Source: a virus. From it: DNA of 64,000 nt. The stretch lies in UHGV virus genome UHGV-0141439. One strand, given 5' to 3'. The notes beneath the pieces were generated by a model. The model was not told the origin of the DNA and did no database searches. It worked only from the letters and a program-made list of their open reading frames with translations. A program made the translations under genes and the position numbers. Within the stretch, counting starts at the first letter, position 1. Every line of letters starts with the position of its first letter. Below are positions 1 through 8,798 of the stretch, piece by piece.

Positions 1-229
1 GGCGAAATCCTGCATTCGTAAATACGGAACCGCCACCAACGAATGGTTCTATTAACCGCTTACCGTGTGGTAGATGCTCAAGCACTGTAGGCAATTCTGA
101 GAATTTACCACCTACCCATTTGAATATCGGACGCTCATATTCATCCGGAGTCCGAATGGTGCGCATATAGCTAATTTCAGCCATCGTATCCTGTTTTTCT
201 ATGGCTATGCTTGCTATAGATTTACTCAT
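1..229 (-). CDS. Dam-like N6-adenine DNA methyltransferase, N-terminal ~76 codons only (gene runs off window start)
   Basis: Reverse-strand ATG at 229-227 after a GGGGG RBS; hand translation MSKSIASI...PIFKWVGGKFSELPTVLEHLPHGKRLIEPFVGGGSVFTNAGF matches the Dam N-terminal motif (KWAGGK...VEPFxGxGSVF). Start overlaps the stop of the upstream gene. Confidence 0.7.
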   Translation of the reverse strand, partial: MSKSIASIAIEKQDTMAEISYMRTIRTPDEYERPIFKWVGGKFSELPTVLEHLPHGKRLIEPFVGGGSVFTNAGFR

Positions 230-971
230 AGAGCACCCCCTTATTCGCTTCGAAAACTGCCTTTGCGAATCCATGTGGAGTAGCACTTCGAAAATTAGCC
301 CTGTCAGGCCCTGGTGGCGCGGCATGGATTCTGTTATCTGGCTTGCCTAATGATTCGTCCATTAGGGCATCAGGCATGACAAAGCCCTGGCCGCTCCAGA
401 GGCATGTTTTTTTTGTGTAGTTATCTTCCTGACAATATGCAGTGAAGAAGTAAGGGTGAAAGATGTGATCTGGCTTACGCCAGAATGTCGATATTTTGCT
501 GACCGGATTTTCAATCATGTACGGACAACCGATCATCTTTGCAATGTCATAACACTGCCAGACAACCTGCATTGCTTTGAACTGGAAAACCGGATCTTTA
601 TTAGCCTTGTCCGAAAACCAGCGCGCGCCGGAAACAGCCAGGTCAGTACACGGTGGGAACCCGGCCAGAAACACGATGCGCTGCAAATTCTTACGGAGAA
701 AAGCGTATACTTCATCGCTATCGATGATCGCACTAATACGCGTCAGAACGGCACCTGATTGCATCCGCTCGTCACTGGTCGATAAGTGCTGTGGATCGAC
801 GATAGCGGCATCGACACCGTATTCCAGCCAGGGGGCAACCATTGCCCCCGTAAAATCACAAAGACTCACAACAAGCTGTCGGTTATTATCGTTCTGCTTC
901 ACCGCCAATGGCCTCCACCAGCGCGTTAAACAGTGCAGATAATTCGCCCGTAAAGAGCACGAAATCAGCAT
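222..971 (-). CDS. DNA methyltransferase-like protein with C5-cytosine-MTase-type motifs
   Basis: ORF-track protein has DFTGAM (degenerate FxGxG), GFPPC (PCQ-like) and ENPV (ENV-like) at C5-MTase spacing. Track start 974 is TTG; ATG at 971. Overlaps the 3' end of rdgC. Confidence 0.4.
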   Translation of the reverse strand: MLISCSLRANYLHCLTRWWRPLAVKQNDNNRQLVVSLCDFTGAMVAPWLEYGVDAAIVDPQHLSTSDERMQSGAVLTRISAIIDSDEVYAFLRKNLQRIVFLAGFPPCTDLAVSGARWFSDKANKDPVFQFKAMQVVWQCYDIAKMIGCPYMIENPVSKISTFWRKPDHIFHPYFFTAYCQEDNYTKKTCLWSGQGFVMPDALMDESLGKPDNRIHAAPPGPDRANFRSATPHGFAKAVFEANKGVLYE

Positions 972-1791
972 CAAATCGTTGTGCTACATCCTCCCGGTCG
1001 ATATCGTCGTTCTGGTCATAGAGATCATCACAGAATGTCAGGGCTTTGATACTCATATCATCGTTGACTCTGAACGACGCACGGTCCATCCAGTTAATTG
1101 CAACGGTCGTAGCTACTTTCCCCGCCTCAATGTGAGACATAATCTCGTCGGACTGTAGATCAACTTTGTTGCAGCGAACGGCACCACCATTATCGAGCAG
1201 ACCCTTTAATGTGGCGTCTTCACCTGCTGTAAATCCGGCAGGGAAGCCGCTTTTAAACCACTCGGTCATTGTAATTTCCAGCGGTTCGCGTGGTGTGAAT
1301 GGAATGACAGGCAGGCTGCCGAGCGACTTTCGCAATAAAGCCAGCTGGTCCTCTGCCTTTTTGGCGCTGCTTGCCTCAACGAATACCAGATGGTTGCTGC
1401 GGTCGATCAGGATTTTGGCGAGTGATTTTCTCGTGAACGCGCGAGGCAAAAGTGAATGCAGGACTTCATCTTTAAGACTGTCTCTTTCCGTTTTCTTCAG
1501 CTTGCGGGCTTGCTCTTCTTCGAGTTTCAGGACTTTTTTCTGCAACTCTTCCTTGAGCACCTGCGAGGGGAGAATTTTTTCTTCTCGCTTATGCTGTATT
1601 AGCAGAAAACCCTGGTATTCATGGGTGAGGTTGTCACCAAGAACAGGTGTCCAACCGACTTTAGCTGTGTCCTGAGAACCGCAAGGAGTAAACACGAATT
1701 TGCTAAGAGCATCGGATACTTCTGCGGCACTCCAGTTAACTTCACGTGAAAGACGATAGATGAAGATGTTTTTGAAAGCGACTGATCTCAT
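886..1791 (-). CDS. rdgC: RdgC-like recombination-associated protein (HrdC of P1-type phages)
   Basis: 301 aa, collinear with E. coli RdgC (FKNxxxYRLSRE, [17 protein letters not shown](R/K)[16 protein letters not shown], [15 protein letters not shown]). Confidence 0.85.
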   Translation of the reverse strand: MRSVAFKNIFIYRLSREVNWSAAEVSDALSKFVFTPCGSQDTAKVGWTPVLGDNLTHEYQGFLLIQHKREEKILPSQVLKEELQKKVLKLEEEQARKLKKTERDSLKDEVLHSLLPRAFTRKSLAKILIDRSNHLVFVEASSAKKAEDQLALLRKSLGSLPVIPFTPREPLEITMTEWFKSGFPAGFTAGEDATLKGLLDNGGAVRCNKVDLQSDEIMSHIEAGKVATTVAINWMDRASFRVNDDMSIKALTFCDDLYDQNDDIDREDVAQRFDADFVLFTGELSALFNALVEAIGGEAER

Positions 1792-1797
1792 GTTTCA

Positions 1798-1841
1798 CCA
1801 ATTGTGTTAGAAAATTCTATTCAATTATCTAACACAATTGG
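1798..1841. promoter_or_regulatory. Perfect 14-bp inverted repeat CCAATTGTGTTAGA-N16-TCTAACACAATTGG (paired operator-like sites)
   Basis: Read directly; lies 7 bp upstream of the rdgC start codon and overlaps its RBS. Confidence 0.6.
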
Positions 1842-1850
1842 ATGTGTTTT

Positions 1851-2504
1851 CTATCCCTTCTTGAAATCAAAGTTGCTTGCGATGGCCTGGAAGGTGCCTC
1901 CAGCCTTGAAATCAATATTTTCGTCGGCTGTCACAGTAATGTTTTTGCCATTAACGCTGATGTTATCGGCTGATTTGACGTTAACACTCCCTCCCGCATT
2001 CACTACTACATCAGCCGGACCAATGATGTATATCTGCCCTGATTCATTCATTCCAATCCTTGAGCCTGCTGCCGTATTCGCTATTTCATATCCACCGCCA
2101 GCCGTTCGCACTTCGAGCACATTGTTGCGGTGAATCACGAAATCTTTTGTCGCCGAAAATTGCGGGCGGGGAGGCGCTCCGTCTACTTCTGGTGGCGTCC
2201 AGCCGCTACCATTGCCTGACGCCTCCGGCGCGACGTTTGGTACTCCTCCAGGCGCATCCTGAGCTGCGCCAACTATCATTGGGCGTCTGGTATCAATTCG
2301 ACCATTAACATCCAGATAAGGAAACTCTACCCATACCAGGTCGCCTTTTACTGTAGGTACAAACGCGTTACCTATGGGTAACAGGTATTCTGCCCAGGGT
2401 AGATCGTCATCAGGAACGCCATTCCAGTCTGGTAAAACACGGACCTGAGCACGCATAAGCCCTGCCGGGTGCACAGTTCCAACAATTTGCGCTCTACGCT
2501 TCAT
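1851..2504 (-). CDS. Baseplate spike/hub-like protein (gpV/gp5-like) candidate
   Basis: 217 aa; N-terminal region resembles an OB-fold and the C-terminus has short G-rich beta-helix-like repeats (GGSVNVKSADNISVNGKNITVTADENIDFKAGG). Assignment by pattern recognition only. Confidence 0.4.
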   Translation of the reverse strand: MKRRAQIVGTVHPAGLMRAQVRVLPDWNGVPDDDLPWAEYLLPIGNAFVPTVKGDLVWVEFPYLDVNGRIDTRRPMIVGAAQDAPGGVPNVAPEASGNGSGWTPPEVDGAPPRPQFSATKDFVIHRNNVLEVRTAGGGYEIANTAAGSRIGMNESGQIYIIGPADVVVNAGGSVNVKSADNISVNGKNITVTADENIDFKAGGTFQAIASNFDFKKG

Positions 2505-3481
2505 TTGTTCGGCACTCCTAATATCATTCGTGTTGTGTAGCCTACGCGGTCTTCAAAGTGCGCAACATTTTTTACTATCAGCTTGCGGGGCATTGATTCA
2601 TCAATGCGGTTTTCCTGGTCATAGCGGTATACGATAATCTCTATTACCATTCCCGGTTTTATATCCGGATTGCCTGCGACTTCTATATCCATTTTGGGGA
2701 CGAGAGACAGCTGCATATTGCGAAGAGTTTCCATATCAGAGTCGGATATATAACGCACTGGGAGTGAGCTATCGCCATATTCGACGTAGCCATCGGTCAT
2801 GGAATACCCAACAAAACGATATTGATTCTTTGCTGTTGTCGCATGTTCCTGTTGGAGTAGGCGCATTTTGGACAAAGTGTATTCTGCTTTAGGGTTATTC
2901 CCCTCGTAGGTAAATGATGGCGTTTGCTTCATCAGATCAGCCAGGGTGTAAAAGTTAAATTCCCCACGGCATACCCAACATAATGCACCTTTGTCTCGCG
3001 CTATCTGCGAGAGCATTTTTGACGGTTTGTCACCGGCATTCAGATGATATGTAACTGCGCGTTTTAGCACGCTGCTGGTAATTTTAAGCTTGCCGGAATA
3101 TGCCTTGAATATAGCGTCTGGTGTTTTGTTGGTATGTAAATTTGTGCGCGGGGAGGGGATCTTAAACCTGCGCACGTCTTCACTGACAGCAATAACGGTA
3201 ACAACATCACCAGCCAGCATTGCAGACGTAACAAAGAAGTCTGTTTTAAAAGTGCCTGCATTACCGTTTGGATCGCCCATTTCAGCCACCAGCGATGCAC
3301 CGTATTTGGCTTTCCAGTCATCAATTACAGTGCCGGTAGCGTCATGAATTTCCAGTTTTAGCAAAGGGGCTTTGAGGCTGGTTTTTTCTACATATACTGC
3401 GGTAAAAATCCAGTCTCGTGGCACTTTGTTATCGTTAATGAGCACTGACTGTAGAAAATATTGTTGTAACTCCTGGGCCAC
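2501..3481 (-). CDS. Hypothetical protein, translationally coupled in a four-gene operon
   Basis: 326-aa ORF; start overlaps the upstream stop, stop overlaps the downstream start. Confidence 0.4.
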   Translation of the reverse strand: MAQELQQYFLQSVLINDNKVPRDWIFTAVYVEKTSLKAPLLKLEIHDATGTVIDDWKAKYGASLVAEMGDPNGNAGTFKTDFFVTSAMLAGDVVTVIAVSEDVRRFKIPSPRTNLHTNKTPDAIFKAYSGKLKITSSVLKRAVTYHLNAGDKPSKMLSQIARDKGALCWVCRGEFNFYTLADLMKQTPSFTYEGNNPKAEYTLSKMRLLQQEHATTAKNQYRFVGYSMTDGYVEYGDSSLPVRYISDSDMETLRNMQLSLVPKMDIEVAGNPDIKPGMVIEIIVYRYDQENRIDESMPRKLIVKNVAHFEDRVGYTTRMILGVPNK

Positions 3482-3484
3482 TTA

Positions 3485-4252
3485 TCACCCCATAGATATC
3501 GAGGTTTCGGTAATAATACGTTTTGCGTCCAACTCCCATGCTGTGATCACGTCTGCAATCACACTTATCGGCGCTTGTGTGGCATAAATACGCTCTTCTC
3601 CAATTGGTGCCGAAACATCCGTAAATCCGACTTCTTTGGCATCCTGTATCGAGCAAATCAGCGGGACCGGGACACGAACAAGGTGAGTGGTTGCTTCAAA
3701 TTGTGTACCTGTCATCAGGCGAAGCCGTGCGCCCAGCGAATTACACATCAGACTCATGGTCGCTTTATCAGTTGCCATTAACGTAACGTCATACGTCAGA
3801 ATGGCCTGGGTGTATTCCAGTTCTGCTAAAGGCATTCCGGTATCCGGTTCGCAAAAACTGGCTACTTTTTTGCGGTCAATCTGCTGATCATCGTTGATAT
3901 AATTGATATCCATAGTGCGTGAGATATTGACCAGGGGGAGAGCATCCCGGTTAATGTTCTGGTTTTCAGGTTTTCTCCCTTGCCCGGCATTTGCGCGACG
4001 AACTGCTTTAAGAAACTCGATCGCATTGTCGAAACGGGCCACATAGACACGCTCTGCTGGTGGACGATTCAGGAATGACGCAAAGCGTTTTTCTTCCGGC
4101 GCGGGGGCCACCAGTAAGATATCAGAAAAGATATTGCTGATTAGCGTAGCAAACGCGTTATCCACGTTTTCAAAGCCCGTGGTCTGGAATTTTCCTGTGC
4201 GTGAGGTTTGCCATTCACCTGTTCGCGCCAGGAGGGTTTTATTTGAAGTCAT
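3485..4252 (-). CDS. Hypothetical protein (operon member)
   Basis: 255-aa ORF; 4-nt overlap with the upstream gene. Confidence 0.4.
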   Translation of the reverse strand: MTSNKTLLARTGEWQTSRTGKFQTTGFENVDNAFATLISNIFSDILLVAPAPEEKRFASFLNRPPAERVYVARFDNAIEFLKAVRRANAGQGRKPENQNINRDALPLVNISRTMDINYINDDQQIDRKKVASFCEPDTGMPLAELEYTQAILTYDVTLMATDKATMSLMCNSLGARLRLMTGTQFEATTHLVRVPVPLICSIQDAKEVGFTDVSAPIGEERIYATQAPISVIADVITAWELDAKRIITETSISMG

Positions 4253-5040
4253 TCGATCACTCCGTTTTGAGTCGTATCAAAATTCCTGGCAGGTATGCAG
4301 TAGTAAAGCGAACCAACATGCTGTGTGCCGTAGCTAAAAATACGGTGCACGTACCACCAGCGGCGGGCTACGCCGTTTACCATCTCTTCATTCCATTCAA
4401 GAATTGATCCGACGGGGACGTTATTTGCTGCAATACGCAGAATCAGAACATCATCGGTTAAGCCATCCTGCTCACCGTCTGCGTCAATCGCATGGAAAGA
4501 GTCACGCCCGTCCGGGTTATCCAGCACATAAACGATTTCAGGTTCCTGGTAAGTCAGTTCGCGCTGGTTGTTATCCAGTTCAGTGAATGACTCTTCTCCT
4601 GTTTCGTCGCTGACTACCCCATATGTGCCAACATCTGGTCGATATAAGAGAGCCTGAAACGCGTCTGGGCTGGATTCAATAATCAGCATCCAGTCTGCGC
4701 GGATTTGGTCGTTAAAGGCTTTATGCCCGTTATAGCGTGCTTTTAGCTGTGGAGTTGGTTCTCTGCCAGCCAGGGAAGGTGGAAGTATGGCTATATCTGA
4801 TTCGGCAGCATCCGGAGTAAGGCCAGCGTTGCTATCAGCAAAATTATCATGGCTATCAGCTTTGGCGGCGGGTTGCTCTTCCAGAATGCTGAATGAATCC
4901 GAACCGGTATTGCCATGTTCCGGCGCACCTCCTGCATTCGCTTCAATCGGCGCTGGCGTTTCTCTCTGCGTGCTGTCATGTTCTGACTCCTTACTTGCCA
5001 GGTTTGCATCGTCAGCAAACCATTCGTCAAAACGGCCCAT
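4249..5040 (-). CDS. Hypothetical acidic protein (operon first gene)
   Basis: Track ORF 4249-5142; likely start is the ATG at 5040 (MGRFDEW...), 6 nt after a GAGG. Confidence 0.4.
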   Translation of the reverse strand: MGRFDEWFADDANLASKESEHDSTQRETPAPIEANAGGAPEHGNTGSDSFSILEEQPAAKADSHDNFADSNAGLTPDAAESDIAILPPSLAGREPTPQLKARYNGHKAFNDQIRADWMLIIESSPDAFQALLYRPDVGTYGVVSDETGEESFTELDNNQRELTYQEPEIVYVLDNPDGRDSFHAIDADGEQDGLTDDVLILRIAANNVPVGSILEWNEEMVNGVARRWWYVHRIFSYGTQHVGSLYYCIPARNFDTTQNGVIE

Positions 5041-5202
5041 AAGCATCCTCAAAGGTCGATCTGTCAGGTATCGAAAGGAAGATTTTCGGGAGATTGTGAT
5101 TTTGGATGAAGGAGGGGGAATCCATAAAATGCACTTGCGCACAGTGCAACAGTGCGCTATAGTTATGGCATTCGGTAATCATCACGGAGGATCAAATGAC
5201 TA

Positions 5203-5505
5203 ATGACCAAAAAAATTAACATAAAGGATTTCAGGGATGCGTGGCTTGATGATTTTTTTGAATTTTCAACACCACATAGAAAGATACCTCCTGATATTCA
5301 TATGACATTGTCACGGAAGTTGGACATTATCAATGCCGCAACTACCTGTAAGGATTTAAGATCACCACCAGGTAATCGGTATGAGGAACTGTCAGGGAAG
5401 CTAAATGGCTATTCATCAGTAAGGGTGAATAAGCAATATAGGTTAATTTTTAAGTGGGTTAACGGAAAGGCCGAGGACTTGTATCTCGACCCTCACAAAT
5501 ACTAA
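5203..5505 (+). CDS. higB: HigB-family toxin (plasmid maintenance system killer, RelE/ParE fold)
   Basis: 100 aa; C-terminal pattern SVRVNKQYRLIFKWVNGKAEDLYLDPHKY is typical of HigB-like toxins; antitoxin follows. Confidence 0.75.
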   Translation: MTKKINIKDFRDAWLDDFFEFSTPHRKIPPDIHMTLSRKLDIINAATTCKDLRSPPGNRYEELSGKLNGYSSVRVNKQYRLIFKWVNGKAEDLYLDPHKY

Positions 5506-5575
5506 AACAGATACCCGGTTACGGACCGGGTTCTGACCAGAGTCCACTTAATACGCACGCTAGTAAGGGCAAAAA

Positions 5576-5914
5576 ATGAAACAGGCAACCAGAAAACCGA
5601 CGACCGTAGGTGATATCCTTCTGTACGAATACCTGGAGCCGTTAGAGCTGAAGATCAACGAGTTAGCAGAAATACTTCATGTTCATCGTAACACCGTAAG
5701 TGCTCTTGTTAATAATAATCGTAAGCTAACGATGGATATGGCATATCGCCTGGCAAAAGCATTCGATACTTCTGTAGATTTTTGGATTAATCTTCAGACC
5801 GCAGTAGATCTGTGGGAAGTCGAAAATGATATGCGCGTTCAGGAAGAGTTAAGTCGTATCAATACTGCTGAAAAATTTATTTCTCAGCGGAACCTGAATA
5901 AAAAAGCAGCCTGA
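5576..5914 (+). CDS. higA: HigA-family antitoxin, XRE-type HTH
   Basis: 112 aa; HTH segment LAEILHVHRNTVSALVNNNRKLTMDMAYRLAKAF...FWINLQ; immediately downstream of higB. Confidence 0.75.
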   Translation: MKQATRKPTTVGDILLYEYLEPLELKINELAEILHVHRNTVSALVNNNRKLTMDMAYRLAKAFDTSVDFWINLQTAVDLWEVENDMRVQEELSRINTAEKFISQRNLNKKAA

Positions 5915-5936
5915 TATAGTAAAACACATACAAAAA

Positions 5937-5964
5937 GCCCACTTAGCAAGTGGGCTTTCCTTTG
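5937..5964 (+). terminator. Rho-independent terminator after higA
   Basis: GCCCACTT-AGC-AAGTGGGC hairpin followed by TTTCCTTTG. Confidence 0.6.
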
Positions 5965-5970
5965 TAATTA

Positions 5971-6171
5971 ATGAACATTAAACCTATCCGTACAGAACAA
6001 GATTATGAGGCCGCACTGCGTGCGGTCGAACCGATGTTCGATAACGAACCGGAAATGAATACTCCGGAAGGTGATTTCTTTGAGGTTATGAGTCTTCTCA
6101 TTGAGGAGTACGAGAAGAAACATTACCCAATTCAGCCACCATCACCTGTTGAATCTTTTAACTATCCATAA
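5971..6171 (+). pseudogene. Orphan N-terminal fragment of a YgjM/HigA-type antitoxin (no HTH domain)
   Basis: 66 aa (IRTEQDYEAALRAVEPMF...LIEEYEKKHYPI) resembles the N-terminal half of HigA-type antitoxins; the reading frame stops before any HTH and AT-rich DNA follows. Confidence 0.35.
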
Positions 6172-6192
6172 TAAAAGTAATCAGGATAAGCT

Positions 6193-6921
6193 ATGATGTC
6201 AGAAAAAGTTACAGATAATCCGTCTATAAATGAAACAGAACTAAAATCATTTTCTGAAATAATAAAAGATAAAATATTTAACAAGGTTTTTGCATATGTT
6301 GTCATTTCTTTTCTAATTTTTAACTGGAAGGATATTTTAATTATATTAAAGTCAAAGGACGACATCCTATATACATTATCTATTGTTTTTGTTGGTGGTA
6401 ATGTCCCGTTCTTTGATAATTGGATTGTATCCCCGTGGGTTTATCACGTTGTAATCCCATTTGTTTATGGAGTATTTGCATCTGTGTTAGCTCCTATTCT
6501 CACACTGAAGATATCTAAGCTAACAAGTAAATTATACACTGAAATAAGATATTTAGATGAAGCTGCTGATTATGATAAAAGAATAGAATTGCAAAGAAAG
6601 AAAACAAAGTTAAATCAAGCAACCAATGACGCTAAATATTCAAAACAAATCTTAGATGAAAATGAAAATAAACTTAATGACCTAGCTAAGAAACAGCGAG
6701 AAATTTGCGGCGCGATAAAACTATTGCATACTGATGTTGGCAGTATTATTGAGCTATATAAAAATAAGGGGGTTAGCATTGAATCTCCGCAAGATTTATG
6801 TGATTTTATAGTCGCTATAAAAAGCACATCATTCTATAATGATGACAAGCATTTTAATAAATTGGTGTCTGATATTTCCAGTTTGTTTGATAATACTGGA
6901 ATTGATCTTTCAAAAAAATGA
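6193..6921 (+). CDS. AT-rich membrane protein with C-terminal coiled coil (possible abortive-infection/exclusion protein)
   Basis: 242 aa; three hydrophobic helices then a K/E-rich coiled coil; local GC far below the flanking DNA. Confidence 0.5.
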   Translation: MMSEKVTDNPSINETELKSFSEIIKDKIFNKVFAYVVISFLIFNWKDILIILKSKDDILYTLSIVFVGGNVPFFDNWIVSPWVYHVVIPFVYGVFASVLAPILTLKISKLTSKLYTEIRYLDEAADYDKRIELQRKKTKLNQATNDAKYSKQILDENENKLNDLAKKQREICGAIKLLHTDVGSIIELYKNKGVSIESPQDLCDFIVAIKSTSFYNDDKHFNKLVSDISSLFDNTGIDLSKK

Positions 6922-6928
6922 AAGCCCA

Positions 6929-6966
6929 GCATAAACTACTAGGCTATGTGTGGTTTATGCTTTTTT
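6929..6966. terminator. Bidirectional hairpin terminator between convergent genes
   Basis: GCATAAAC-N16-GTTTATGC followed by TTTTTT on the + strand and preceded by an A-run. Confidence 0.5.
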
Positions 6967-8148
6967 CACGTACTCTATAAACATCTTCTCAGCCTGTTCT
7001 TGTGGCGTTCCAGCCATGACAAGCGCATCAATGAACGCCTGCTTCTTCAGTGCGAACTGATCGGCAAGGCGTTGCTGAAGTTCCTTATTTTTCTGTTTCT
7101 CACGTTGCAAGGCCGCTTCTTTTGCAGCCGCCCGTTTTTTCTGTGCGTCTGACAACTTTCTGGCCCTGGTCAATTGGTCACGTAGCTTGTCGATCTTGCC
7201 GTTGTCCTTTGCCAGTTTTGTACTTAAAGCTGCCTGGCGTTTCTGATAGAGCCTCCATTCGCGTTTGGCGGCTTCAACGTTCGTTTTACTGCTACGATTG
7301 CGATTAAACTCCTTCTCGTCTTCTTTTGAGAAGTGTTTAGTTGTACGGCGGCGATCGTCACCAAATGCAATTTGCGTTGCAGCCTTTTGTAGCGCACGAG
7401 CAATACTCATTTGCCAACTGGCGGACTGTAACCGCGTCATTGAGTGGATCACGTGTTTACAGGCGACGCCTTGCAGCTTCGGGTTGCGAACTTTTGGATA
7501 GGCGTATTCTTTTGGCGGTGCCAGGGCAAAGTTACCCGCAGTGGCGATGTAACGATACCAGTATTGATGACGACCACAGTCACAATCGAAAGACACTCGC
7601 CCGGCGCACAGTGATTTAGTGATTTTGAGAGCTGATTTATCGTCTTCTGCGATGTCATCAACCATCTGATCCCATTCTTCAAAGCGTATCCGGACGATAT
7701 GGTGCTGGTGGACGGATATATCCGATGCTTCTACGCGGATATTAATCACATTGTGGCGAAGAGATACGGGGGTAGCTCTTTTGATACCAGATCCGTCATC
7801 CACGGCGTTATTTGCACGCTTAATATCGATTGCCTGGCTGGATGCCACCAGCTGGGCGTATGTGATGCCAGCCGTCTTGCTGTCATATTTTTCGCGCGTT
7901 TTACTCCGTAGCTTTTCGAAACCTTTCAGGTCGTCTCGCGTGAAGAACGTGCCGCCTTTTTTCTTCCCTAACTTGAGAATATCTTCGGCGGATTTGTTCC
8001 TCAGTCTACCTGGCGTCAGCGTCCGGTGAGCTTGTCGGCGCTTACGGGTTTGTTCTTTCCTGATAATCTCGAATAAACGCGTGAAGTCCTTAGAGGACAG
8101 GCCGTCAGTGATATAGCGCCCGTCCTGGTTTTTCAGGAAATCAGGCAT
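6955..8148 (-). CDS. SWIM-type zinc-finger protein with basic coiled-coil C-terminus
   Basis: 397 aa; CDCGRHQY...CKHVIH fits the CxCxnCxH SWIM pattern. Confidence 0.45.
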   Translation of the reverse strand: MPDFLKNQDGRYITDGLSSKDFTRLFEIIRKEQTRKRRQAHRTLTPGRLRNKSAEDILKLGKKKGGTFFTRDDLKGFEKLRSKTREKYDSKTAGITYAQLVASSQAIDIKRANNAVDDGSGIKRATPVSLRHNVINIRVEASDISVHQHHIVRIRFEEWDQMVDDIAEDDKSALKITKSLCAGRVSFDCDCGRHQYWYRYIATAGNFALAPPKEYAYPKVRNPKLQGVACKHVIHSMTRLQSASWQMSIARALQKAATQIAFGDDRRRTTKHFSKEDEKEFNRNRSSKTNVEAAKREWRLYQKRQAALSTKLAKDNGKIDKLRDQLTRARKLSDAQKKRAAAKEAALQREKQKNKELQQRLADQFALKKQAFIDALVMAGTPQEQAEKMFIEYVKKA

Positions 8149-8470
8149 TTTCTATCTCCGGTTCCGCGCTTGCGTAATCACGGATCTTGTTCCTCAGCCA
8201 TGCCACATCAGGAAGAGTTAACGTGGTCCCTGCGGGCATTTCTTCCATTTCTGACTCATGGCCCACCAGCACCCGGAATACCCAGCGCAAATCTGCATTG
8301 CCATACGCCCTGTAGGCTGCAAGGTCTGAACGATATACTTCATCAATCTTTATCGTGTACTGGAAATTATCAGAGTGATACTCCGATACCCGCTTAATCA
8401 TTTCCTGGTGAAACAGCGCACGAAAAATATCGTCTTCAATGTACCTATCGTCGAGTCTGCTATAGCCCAT
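8141..8470 (-). CDS. Hypothetical protein, translationally coupled upstream of the SWIM protein
   Basis: 109-aa ORF overlapping the downstream start by 8 nt. Confidence 0.4.
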   Translation of the reverse strand: MGYSRLDDRYIEDDIFRALFHQEMIKRVSEYHSDNFQYTIKIDEVYRSDLAAYRAYGNADLRWVFRVLVGHESEMEEMPAGTTLTLPDVAWLRNKIRDYASAEPEIENA

Positions 8471-8663
8471 AACAAAGCCTCTCAGTCATAACCTGGGGGA
8501 AACTGTATGCAGGGTGTGAAATGCGAGAAACAGACAGGCCACCAGTTCAGGGGGATGTGGTTCATAAATCCCCTCACTGGTGACAAGTGACTTTCATTAA
8601 TCTTTATGCGGGGGCCAGCTTCATTTGCTGGCATTAGATTAAAAATTAAACGGAGTGAATAAC

Positions 8664-8798
8664 ATGGATGTTATCTTCGAATTATTAATGCTAATTGATC
8701 TGTTTATGAACGCTTCATTGACCACTCAAATACTGGCGTCAATATTTTTGTTACTCTTCTACCTGGTATTGAGGGAGTTAACAAAGCTACTAATGTGA
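8664..8798 (+). CDS. Small hydrophobic peptide (44 aa), membrane-toxin-like
   Basis: ATG at 8664 after GGAG; hand translation MDVIFELLMLIDLFMNASLTTQILASIFLLLFYLVLRELTKLLM. Not in the ORF track (under 60 aa). Confidence 0.25.
   Translation: MDVIFELLMLIDLFMNASLTTQILASIFLLLFYLVLRELTKLLM

Noticed and set aside
1166-1675. 169-aa plus-strand ORF inside rdgC
   Set aside because: Antisense to a gene with strong RdgC similarity; no independent support.
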